From a virus: a stretch of 26,263 nt of DNA. The position numbers were made by a program, and so were the translations under genes. A model generated the notes under the pieces. That model did no database searches and was not told the DNA's origin. It saw only the letters and a list, made by a program, of their open reading frames with translations. Location of the stretch: the IMG/VR virus record IMGVR_UViG_3300025014_000209, one strand, 5' to 3'. This document shows, piece by piece, positions 8,547 through 16,278 of the stretch. How positions within the stretch are numbered: the first letter of the stretch is position 1; each line of letters starts with the position of its first letter.

Positions 8547-8824
8547 TTTGGAGTAAAATAATGAACGAACGAATTGAAGCACTTGCTAAACAAGCTGGTA
8601 TGGTAATGTATCCCACTGGGCTTGGTATCAGCGAGAATACACTTTGGGGTGACCGCAATATTGGCAAATTAGCCGATTTGATTATTCAAGAATGTGCTAG
8701 AATTGCACGAGCAGTCCCGTGTCCGTATGAAGATAAAGAGGCAAGAGATCGGCTTGGCCATACTTGGGATATTGCCTGTGTTGAATCAGGCAATAGCATT
8801 ATTAAACACTTTGGAGTAAAATAA
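8547..8824 (+). repeat. 15-bp direct repeats TTTGGAGTAAAATAA (8547-8561 and 8810-8824) bracketing the 8561 gene
   Basis: Exact 15-bp match. Each copy contains the GGAG SD of the following gene. Confidence 0.8.
8561..8824 (+). CDS. Small phage-type hypothetical protein (MNERI..LA.QAG...HFGVK)
   Basis: 87 aa with a GGAG SD. The N- and C-terminal patterns resemble a small-protein family I recall from phage genomes. Confidence 0.75.
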   Translation: MNERIEALAKQAGMVMYPTGLGISENTLWGDRNIGKLADLIIQECARIARAVPCPYEDKEARDRLGHTWDIACVESGNSIIKHFGVK

Positions 8825-8825
8825 C

Positions 8826-9032
8826 ATGTTAGGAATGTCAGAATACCAACTTGATTTAATGTTTGAATACATTGATGGCAAAAGCGACAATCACCCAGGA
8901 CAAGGAACATTGGAAAGAATGGCTCAAATTCGTAAATTGCTTCTTGACGATGCACGAGCAAATGAAGAACAATTGGATAAAATCTCTGCTAGTATTGATA
9001 AAATGAGAGCAGAGTCTCTTAAGTTTAAATAA
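8826..9032 (+). CDS. Small hypothetical protein
   Basis: 68 aa. Starts 1 nt after the previous stop, and its SD lies within the end of that gene. Confidence 0.7.
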   Translation: MLGMSEYQLDLMFEYIDGKSDNHPGQGTLERMAQIRKLLLDDARANEEQLDKISASIDKMRAESLKFK

Positions 9033-9053
9033 TCCAACTTATTAAAAATAAAC

Positions 9054-9088
9054 AATACACTTAGTTGACAAACTCAACTAAGTGTATT
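9054..9088. promoter_or_regulatory. 35-bp palindromic operator (candidate NrtR site) over the pncB promoter
   Basis: AATACACTTAGTTG-N7-CAACTAAGTGTATT, with perfect 14-bp arms. Confidence 0.8.
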
Positions 9089-9093
9089 ATAAT
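9065..9093 (+). promoter_or_regulatory. Consensus sigma70 promoter for pncB
   Basis: TTGACA-N17-TATAAT, an exact consensus match. Confidence 0.85.
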
Positions 9094-9121
9094 TCATTCA
9101 TCGTAATTAAATAGGAAAAAA

Positions 9122-10315
9122 ATGAAATTTAAACAACAAAAATTCGTTCCAATTATTGAATCTCTTTTGGATACTGACTTATACAAATTTACTATGCAAC
9201 AAGCTGTCATGCACCAGTTTCCAAATGCAAGTGATGTTGAATTTCACTTTAAATGTCGTGACACAAATATTAATATGGTTCAGTTTATTGATGAAATCAA
9301 TCGTCAAATTGACCACCTTTGCACACTCAAGTTTAGTGAAGAAGAATTAAATTTCATGGATAGTCTTCGTTATACCACTGATGACTATATTGCTTTTTTG
9401 AGCATCTTCAAACTTCAACGCAAATACATTAATATTATCGCTCTCAATGAAAATGAAATTGATGTTGTAATTCGTGGCCCATGGGTTCATACCATTTTAT
9501 TTGAAGTTCCAGTTCTTTCTATCATTAATGAAGTTTACTTTCGTCAAACTCAAAATACTGAACATTTTGTTACTGGTCGTGAACGTCTTCAAGTAAAAAT
9601 TCAAAAAGTTTGTGAACTTAATAATAAAGAATTTAAATTCTCTGATTTTGGAACTCGTCGTCGTTACAGCCGTGATTGGCAAGAAGAAGTTATTGTTGCA
9701 TTTAAAAATGCATTACCTGATAATTTTACAGGCACTAGCAATGTTCTTTTTGCTATGAGGCATAATCTAACCCCTATTGGGACTATGGCCCATGAATTTT
9801 TACAAGGTTGCCAAGCACTTGGTCCTCGGCTTCGTGATAGTCAAAAGTTTGCTTTTGACAAATGGGTGCAAGAGTTCCGTGGAGATTTAGGTATTGCTCT
9901 TACTGACGTGATTGGTATGGAAGCATTTTGTGCCGATTTTGATTTGTTTTTCTGTAAACTATTTGATGGTGTTCGGCACGATAGTGGCGACCCTGTTATT
10001 TGGGGTAACAGAATGATTGAACACTATGAAAGTATGAAAATTGACCCTAAAACAAAAATTTTTGTTTTTTCTGATGGCTTAAATATTGATAAATCAATTG
10101 AACTTTTTCAAACCTTTTATGGTAAAGTTAAAACATTTTTTGGTATTGGAACCAATCTAACTAACGACATGGGTGTTAAAGCTCTTAATATTGTGATTAA
10201 GATGACTTCATGCAATGGTTCTCCAGTTGCTAAAATTAGTGACTCACCTGGAAAATCAATGTGTAAAAATGAAGAATATTTAGCTTATCTTCGTCAAGTT
10301 TTTTCTGTTAAATAA
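9122..10315 (+). CDS. pncB: Nicotinate phosphoribosyltransferase
   Basis: SLLDTDLYKFTM, FSDFGTRRR, GTSN, GTMAHE, ALTD, GVRHDSGDP, FSDGL, FGIGT and VAKISDSPGK motifs. Full length at 397 aa. Confidence 0.97.
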   Translation: MKFKQQKFVPIIESLLDTDLYKFTMQQAVMHQFPNASDVEFHFKCRDTNINMVQFIDEINRQIDHLCTLKFSEEELNFMDSLRYTTDDYIAFLSIFKLQRKYINIIALNENEIDVVIRGPWVHTILFEVPVLSIINEVYFRQTQNTEHFVTGRERLQVKIQKVCELNNKEFKFSDFGTRRRYSRDWQEEVIVAFKNALPDNFTGTSNVLFAMRHNLTPIGTMAHEFLQGCQALGPRLRDSQKFAFDKWVQEFRGDLGIALTDVIGMEAFCADFDLFFCKLFDGVRHDSGDPVIWGNRMIEHYESMKIDPKTKIFVFSDGLNIDKSIELFQTFYGKVKTFFGIGTNLTNDMGVKALNIVIKMTSCNGSPVAKISDSPGKSMCKNEEYLAYLRQVFSVK

Positions 10316-10338
10316 TACAATTTAAATCAACGTAAAGA

Positions 10339-10375
10339 AAAAGACTCATGTCATCATCATGAGTCTTTTCTTTTT
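10339..10375. terminator. Probable bidirectional intrinsic terminator between pncB and the convergent gene
   Basis: 12-bp stem AAAAGACTCATG/CATGAGTCTTTT with a 7-nt loop and T/A tracts on both sides. Confidence 0.85.
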
Positions 10376-10391
10376 ATTGTCCTCAAATTTT

Positions 10392-12044
10392 TTATTTTTC
10401 TAAAGATTTATTTAATATTTCAAATGTTTTTTTATTTAATAATTTTAATTGAATTAATGTATTTTTCTTTACTTCAATTGGATCTTTAGTTCTTGTAAAC
10501 TCTAAATAGTTTTGAATCGTTCTACTTAATAATTTTGGCAATATATTTTTTATATAATCAAAATCTTGAGACTCATTATCCCCCTCAGTATATATTGTTT
10601 TGAATTGTTGAGCTTCAAAAATTATAGAATCTATATAGTTTTTTATTTCAACATCTTTAATATCTTTAATCGTTGCTTTTGTTATTTTTGATGTAGATGG
10701 CTGATCTATCTTTTCCTTCATCTCAATTAAAGGTTTTTCTGATTCTTTTATTACTTCTTCATTCTTTACTAATATTTTAACTTTTCGTTTTGGTTCATCT
10801 ATAATTCCATTATCAATTAATATATTTAATAGCTTATCATGAATTCGTATTCCCTTAAATGAAACTTCATCCATTTCTCTCTTATAGTGAAGAATTAAAC
10901 TATTTAAAGTATTAATTGATGCATGTAAATTTAAACCATTAGCCTTCATCCAAATAGAAAAAGGATGTGGATCATTATAATTAACTGGAGAAATAAACCT
11001 AAATAACTTATCTAACATAACAGATGTTGGATTTATTGTATTATTTGTTTTTTCTCTTACTGCATCAAATAATTTTGAATTATCCAAGGATAGTAATTTA
11101 TTTATTATTTTTTCTCTATCAAAAAAACTTGAATTAAATGATTGATGTGAAAAAAGTGCATCATAAATTACATTATCATAGAAAATACTTATTATTTCTT
11201 CTGAAATTAATATCCCACATAAATCATTAATCTGTTTTTCTGATAAACTTCCATAATTTAATACACTTGTTATTTTTTCTATTTTTTCGGTTGTTTCTAG
11301 ATTTTTATCCTCTAAAATCAATTCAATCCAAGTATATTCTTCTTCTTTTATTTTTATCTTTAATTCGAAATTAATTTTATCACCAAAATCTTTTAAGAAA
11401 TTATTTAAATATTTTTGTGATAATACATCTTTTTCAATTAAAATTGAATGAAGAAATGTTCCACTTACATTATATTCTTTATAAATTTCACCAAATCCAT
11501 TAATATCTAATCCATGCTTTACAATTATTCTTTTTATAAACGAATAGTCTCTATTCATCTTTGAATATAATAATCTCAAAACCAAACTAGAATCAAAATT
11601 TACCTTATCTGAATACTCTAATAACTTCTCTATGGACTTAGTATCATTTGCCTCTATTTGTTGAATTAAAAAAGAACGATTTGACTTCAAATCTTTATCT
11701 AATCTAAATTGATTTAAATATTCTGCATAATCATATTTTTCAAACATTAATGAATTTAAGAATAAAATATTTTCACAACCATTTAAAAAAGCTTTTTTTT
11801 CTTGCTTATTAAATCTTTCATCATCTCTAAAAAATGGAATTAAAGCATCTAAAAATTCAAGCATTTTGTTTTTATCCAATAATCCCCTTAAGTTATCTAT
11901 ATTTAATAGCTTAAAAAATTTACCCATTAAATCTTGATGTTCCTTAATTTGGCGATTTCTTTCAGCAACGAGTTCAAACATTATCTGAAAATCGTTGGAA
12001 TCAAACAAGTCTTTTATAATCTCTTTGCTTTCTTCTTGTGACAT
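10392..12044 (-). CDS. Large hypothetical protein with a C-terminal XpaC-like helical domain
   Basis: 550-aa ORF. The C-terminal IKNILPKLLSRTIQNYLEF...LIQLKLLNKKTFEI aligns by eye with the 250..894 protein. Confidence 0.75.
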   Translation of the reverse strand: MSQEESKEIIKDLFDSNDFQIMFELVAERNRQIKEHQDLMGKFFKLLNIDNLRGLLDKNKMLEFLDALIPFFRDDERFNKQEKKAFLNGCENILFLNSLMFEKYDYAEYLNQFRLDKDLKSNRSFLIQQIEANDTKSIEKLLEYSDKVNFDSSLVLRLLYSKMNRDYSFIKRIIVKHGLDINGFGEIYKEYNVSGTFLHSILIEKDVLSQKYLNNFLKDFGDKINFELKIKIKEEEYTWIELILEDKNLETTEKIEKITSVLNYGSLSEKQINDLCGILISEEIISIFYDNVIYDALFSHQSFNSSFFDREKIINKLLSLDNSKLFDAVREKTNNTINPTSVMLDKLFRFISPVNYNDPHPFSIWMKANGLNLHASINTLNSLILHYKREMDEVSFKGIRIHDKLLNILIDNGIIDEPKRKVKILVKNEEVIKESEKPLIEMKEKIDQPSTSKITKATIKDIKDVEIKNYIDSIIFEAQQFKTIYTEGDNESQDFDYIKNILPKLLSRTIQNYLEFTRTKDPIEVKKNTLIQLKLLNKKTFEILNKSLEK

Positions 12045-12176
12045 ATATTAAATCCTGATAGTTTCATAATTAGACCACCAATATAAGTAAAAAAGTAATA
12101 AGTGTCAACCCGTTCCATTTTCTATGGAATGATAATTTTTATTCAAAAAAAATCAATTCTTCACCTTTATACTAAA

Positions 12177-12205
12177 TTGACAATTTTTTATTTTTAAAAT
12201 AAAAT
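12177..12205 (+). promoter_or_regulatory. sigma70 promoter for the 12240 gene
   Basis: TTGACA-N17-TAAAAT. Confidence 0.7.
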
Positions 12206-12239
12206 AATAATTTGTTACAATTGAAAGATATACACATTT

Positions 12240-12833
12240 ATGATTAATGAACAGCTTCACAAAGAATATAAAAATGAACTTAAGGAATTAATTCAAAGTG
12301 TTAATTACAGAGAAAACTTTATATTTTCTAATAATTTCATTTATCTAATTTTTGCTAATTGTATTGGCATTCATAAATTACTTAATGAAGCAACCAATAA
12401 TATGCCTCTTCAGATAATGCGTTATGATGAATTAGTTGGTGATGTTAAAATATTAGAACTCCAAGAAAAATTAACACCTCATTTTATAAATGATTTTATT
12501 CAAAATAAAAAAATATTTTTTAAATTAACTCATACTTTTTATGATGATAAAATTGACGACTATATTCATAAAATTAAATTTTATTATATTAGCGAACAAG
12601 GGAATGAAACATCTAAAGTTGTTTCAATAACTACCCCACATAAATCTTTTGATGAAAATGAAATTTTTAAGGATGTTCCAAAAGAATCAGATGATAGCAA
12701 ATATGGATATTCTTTTAATTATGAAAACTTATCCATCATCCTTAATAATCTTTTAAATAAAAAAAGTGTATACTCTAATTTTGATATTAAAAACTCAAGT
12801 CTAGATAATAAAAAAATTACAATAACACCATAA
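12240..12833 (+). CDS. Hypothetical protein
   Basis: 197-aa ORF downstream of a consensus promoter. Confidence 0.75.
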   Translation: MINEQLHKEYKNELKELIQSVNYRENFIFSNNFIYLIFANCIGIHKLLNEATNNMPLQIMRYDELVGDVKILELQEKLTPHFINDFIQNKKIFFKLTHTFYDDKIDDYIHKIKFYYISEQGNETSKVVSITTPHKSFDENEIFKDVPKESDDSKYGYSFNYENLSIILNNLLNKKSVYSNFDIKNSSLDNKKITITP

Positions 12834-12891
12834 TCAGTTAATTCATGTTATAATTATCCTATCCGATAAACTCCATTAATAAGGTTATAAA

Positions 12892-13641
12892 ATGAATAAT
12901 TCCACAAAAGGTAATGTAGATGAACTTGATTTTTTTTAAAAGAAACAAGAATCTTCAACTGATTCACCAAGTTTTTTAGCACTTAGTATTTATCAACTTT
13001 CAAAATCAATCAATGCTACTAATATCAAAGTAGTTTTACGATATTTTTTGATTGGACTTATTATTTTGATTGGGAGTTACTCAGTAAAAACTCTTATTGA
13101 ACAACGACAAGCTGAAAATATTATTAATCAAAAAATTAATGAAGACATTAAAAAAGAACAAATTCTAAAGATTAAATCAATTAGTGAGAAAGACATTAAG
13201 AATATTTTAAGCTACATTGATAATGTTGCAAAAGTTGCTTCAAAATATCAACAAGAAAACCTTTACTATATTGATTTTTTCAATAAGAACAATATCATTA
13301 CGACACAAACTGCATCATACTATAATAAAAACAATACAGAAATTAGTTTAAAATATTTTAGGCATCTTCAGTCTAGAAAAGAACTCATTAATAGCACTTA
13401 CAAACAAATTACTAACGGTTTTATTAAAACATTATCTCAGTCATATGATAATGCTGATGTCTTAAATCTTATCTCAATTTGGAAATCAATGTATGAACAA
13501 GATTCTGCATATGTTTCAGAAGAATTAACGGATCTCAGAAAATCAATTCTATCTAATGGAGAAAAAACGATTGAAGCTAATGCTTATGTCGCAGAACATA
13601 TGAAAACATATAACAACTCTTTTTCTTTAAAAATTAATTAA
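12892..13641 (+). pseudogene. Membrane-anchored hypothetical protein interrupted by a single in-frame TAA at 12937-12939 (or an intact gene starting at TTG 13048)
   Basis: The ATG at 12892 has an AAGG SD and an extended -10 (12846-12854) and is in frame with the 13048..13641 ORF. Only one stop intervenes. Confidence 0.55.
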
Positions 13642-13710
13642 TTTTACATTTTTTAATAAAAAAGATATATAATCACATATATTAATTAAATAACACAAAT
13701 AGGTAAAAAT

Positions 13711-14232
13711 ATGAATTTAGATAAAAACACTTTTGGAAAAACACCGGCAGCACTCTATCTTGCTGACTACTTAAACACTTTAGATCAGCCATTAGTTGCT
13801 AAACGGACTGGGAAAATAATGTCTGGTTTTCGCAACACAATATTACAGCTTGCTAAAGCTAATGATGCCGGAATCTTAACAGCACATAATTTAGCTCGTG
13901 TGATTAGCTCTATGCGCTCTAATTTATTTATTGAAGTTGGTGATTCTCTCGCTTCTAATTTAGTTACCAATATTATTGTTGGTGAGATGAAAATCTTACT
14001 TCGTAAATCTTCAGATATTAGAAAAATTGAAATTATGCAAAAGAAGGTTTCACCATCTAATTCTAAAATTGGTAACATTACCAATAAAAAAGGCTATGTT
14101 ATTGCTAATGTTACAGAAGATGAAGTTAACCTTCAGAAATATACAGTTAATGAATTAACTGACGAAATTAATGCTGATACTTTAACTGAAAAATGGAAAA
14201 TTAAAATGGATAAAAGAAATAAAACTATTTAA
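13711..14232 (+). CDS. Hypothetical protein
   Basis: 173-aa ORF with an AGG SD, followed by a terminator. Confidence 0.8.
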   Translation: MNLDKNTFGKTPAALYLADYLNTLDQPLVAKRTGKIMSGFRNTILQLAKANDAGILTAHNLARVISSMRSNLFIEVGDSLASNLVTNIIVGEMKILLRKSSDIRKIEIMQKKVSPSNSKIGNITNKKGYVIANVTEDEVNLQKYTVNELTDEINADTLTEKWKIKMDKRNKTI

Positions 14233-14255
14233 ATAGTTTATCTATTTTTTTCATT

Positions 14256-14284
14256 AGGTCATAATATTTATTATGACCTTTTTT
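14256..14284 (+). terminator. Intrinsic terminator
   Basis: AGGTCATAAT-ATTT-ATTATGACCT hairpin followed by a T run, between convergent genes. Confidence 0.75.
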
Positions 14285-14783
14285 AATATCCATAATTTGA
14301 ATATGGTGTTAATTTAGGTCTTGGGTATCTACTTTTATAATAAATACTTTTTACTTCATTTTTAATTTCATTTTCTTGTTTATAGTGGTCTTCTAATATT
14401 ATACTTTCTTGAACTGTATTAGTTTTTTCATATTGTCTCGTTAAAACTAGAATTTTTACTTTTAATGCCTCTCTTTCATATCTACTTTTAGGTAAATAAG
14501 AATAGTTATACATTAAGTTTATTTGATTTAATTGATCTTGTTCTAATTGTGTAACTACACCATCTTCCATTGCCATAGTATATGCATACTTATATGCATA
14601 TACTAACAACATTCCTATATCTTCATAATTTAAATGGTATCTTGAGTGGTTTTCATTCAAGTAATCTATTTCATTTACCCCCCAACGACCATCTTTAAGT
14701 CTATCAACAACTCCAATTATAAAATCTTCTTTTTTATTTCTTAACGGCCTCATCTTTAATCCTTTTAAAATAGATGTTAACAA
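14283..14783 (-). CDS. Hypothetical protein
   Basis: 166-aa ORF. The AMEDGVVTQLE segment faintly resembles a TerB-like motif. Confidence 0.7.
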   Translation of the reverse strand: MLTSILKGLKMRPLRNKKEDFIIGVVDRLKDGRWGVNEIDYLNENHSRYHLNYEDIGMLLVYAYKYAYTMAMEDGVVTQLEQDQLNQINLMYNYSYLPKSRYEREALKVKILVLTRQYEKTNTVQESIILEDHYKQENEIKNEVKSIYYKSRYPRPKLTPYSNYGY

Positions 14784-14827
14784 AACAACATCTTTTATAT
14801 ATATCTATATATATTATCAAGTTTAAA

Positions 14828-15334
14828 TTATTTTTCAATAACTCTATTTAATTTAACAGTATTAAATACACATATATCTGATATTATCATTATTCCTAAA
14901 AACATAATACAAGACCATAACACATAAGGGATACCAAATATTAATGGTGATAGATCTGCACATAATGCGTATATTCCAAACAACTCTGGAATATTATTTA
15001 ATCCTGTAGCAACAATAATTTTTTCTGCAATAGAAATATTACAATCAAAATTTTTTGATGCTACAAAAAATTGATACATAGCTACCATTATTCCTAAACT
15101 AGAAAAAATTGATACCAATCCAAAACCAATAATTTTCATTTTTGAATTTATATAAAAAATTAAACTTACAATTCCAATAACTATAAAAACTATTCTTTGT
15201 AAAATACACCAAGAACAAGGTTGCATATCATACACATATTGTGACACTAATGCTCCAGCAACACTTCCAAAAGATAAGATTGATATTAATAATAATTTAT
15301 TATCTTTAAATTTAAAAAATTTATTTATTTTCAT
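14828..15334 (-). CDS. dsbB: Disulfide bond formation protein B
   Basis: Four TM helices, QPCSWCILQR (CxxC followed by QR), and a second Cys pair (FDC...ALCAD) in the long periplasmic loop. Confidence 0.88.
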   Translation of the reverse strand: MKINKFFKFKDNKLLLISILSFGSVAGALVSQYVYDMQPCSWCILQRIVFIVIGIVSLIFYINSKMKIIGFGLVSIFSSLGIMVAMYQFFVASKNFDCNISIAEKIIVATGLNNIPELFGIYALCADLSPLIFGIPYVLWSCIMFLGIMIISDICVFNTVKLNRVIEK

Positions 15335-15358
15335 TTTTTTAAACCCATAATCATTTCT

Positions 15359-15472
15359 TTTTTCTTAAAATTATTTTCAGTTTAGTCAATAATAAAAATC
15401 CTTGTTTAAAGGTTAAAATAAGTTGACATCAAACAAGTAATTAGATTAAACTGAAAATAATTTTAAGAAAAA
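15359..15472. repeat. Perfect 26-bp inverted repeats flanking a 62-bp spacer between divergent genes
   Basis: TTTTTCTTAAAATTATTTTCAGTTTA (15359-15384) and its exact reverse complement (15447-15472). The spacer holds a further CTTGTTT/AAACAAG pair. Confidence 0.9.
15423..15452 (+). promoter_or_regulatory. sigma70 promoter candidate for the 15480 operon
   Basis: TTGACA-N18-TAAACT. The -10 lies inside the right repeat arm. Confidence 0.55.
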
Positions 15473-15479
15473 GTATCTT

Positions 15480-15713
15480 ATGGCAATTTTAAATTTAAAT
15501 ATCATTCTCACTGAAGAACAAACCAAACTTTATTCTGATTGGATTAAACCAATTGTTAAGGGACATTTTGATGAAGAAGTCGAATTCCCAGGAGTTACCT
15601 ATACAATTGAAACTTCTCCATGTTTTGGAACTACTCTTATAATTTCAGTTGGTTCAGTTTCGATTGAATTTGAAATAGAGATGGAAAATGATAAAACTAT
15701 TCTTTCTCAATGA
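15480..15713 (+). CDS. Small hypothetical protein
   Basis: 77 aa. Its stop overlaps the next start (ATGA). Confidence 0.7.
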   Translation: MAILNLNIILTEEQTKLYSDWIKPIVKGHFDEEVEFPGVTYTIETSPCFGTTLIISVGSVSIEFEIEMENDKTILSQ

Positions 15714-16267
15714 TTATTAAAACATATTCTTATATTAACTTAATTGAAAATAAAGATAAAATATTATCTCGTATAGATTTAATTAAGAAGTTAACATTAA
15801 ATGAAACAAGCTACACTTATTTTGAATTAAATGATGACAATATTATTCGTAAAACTACACGAATAAAATCAAACAATATCAACTATGGGAAGATTACCAA
15901 ATCTCAAAAGATTGAACTTTGTAGAATTGTTACAAAAGCATTTTATTTAGGAATAACCCATGGAGATCTTAATCGTAAAAATGTATTTATTGATTTAAAT
16001 CAAAATATTTTTGTAAGCGATTGGGAACCATCACTTATTCAAATAGTAAATGGTAGAAAAACACTTATGGGAACTAAACCATGGATTGATTATCAAGACT
16101 TAGAGAATAAAAGTATAGGTGTTAGAACCGATTTAGTCGGATTTTATAAAATAATTACAGACTGCAACAAAGATTTTTTTAATTCATCAAATTGGGAAAA
16201 CCTCATTCTTGATTCATTAAAAACCAAATCACCATTTGAATTTTTACTTAAAAACCAACAAATATAA
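15710..16267 (+). CDS. Minimal protein-kinase-like protein
   Basis: HGDLNRKN catalytic loop, SDWE (DFG equivalent), MGTKPW and DLVGF. Confidence 0.7.
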   Translation: MIIKTYSYINLIENKDKILSRIDLIKKLTLNETSYTYFELNDDNIIRKTTRIKSNNINYGKITKSQKIELCRIVTKAFYLGITHGDLNRKNVFIDLNQNIFVSDWEPSLIQIVNGRKTLMGTKPWIDYQDLENKSIGVRTDLVGFYKIITDCNKDFFNSSNWENLILDSLKTKSPFEFLLKNQQI

Positions 16268-16278
16268 CAGGAGCTATC

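Noticed and set aside
398-9682. Short overlapping ORFs 398..580, 1733..1939, 5417..5611, 6211..6423, 6299..6550, 7773..7961, 8686..8961, 9156..9350 and 9497..9682
   Set aside because: They are alternate-frame or antisense shadows of better-supported genes, with no RBS or motifs.
7274-10315. Calling the NAD genes NARP1 or NARP2
   Set aside because: The phosphoribosyltransferase has PncB (nicotinate) signatures rather than Nampt ones, and no Adps/Namat-like gene is visible.
12937-12939. Stop-codon reassignment (alternative genetic code)
   Set aside because: All well-identified genes are full length under code 11 and end at TAA, TGA or TAG where expected. One internal TAA is better explained by mutation or error.
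14283-14783. TerB/tellurite-resistance assignment
   Set aside because: Only a short EDGVVTQLE resemblance, and there are no other ter genes.
15359-15472. MITE or IS remnant
   Set aside because: No target-site duplication or transposase is evident, and the arms carry the promoter -10 elements of the flanking genes. It is kept only as an inverted-repeat finding.
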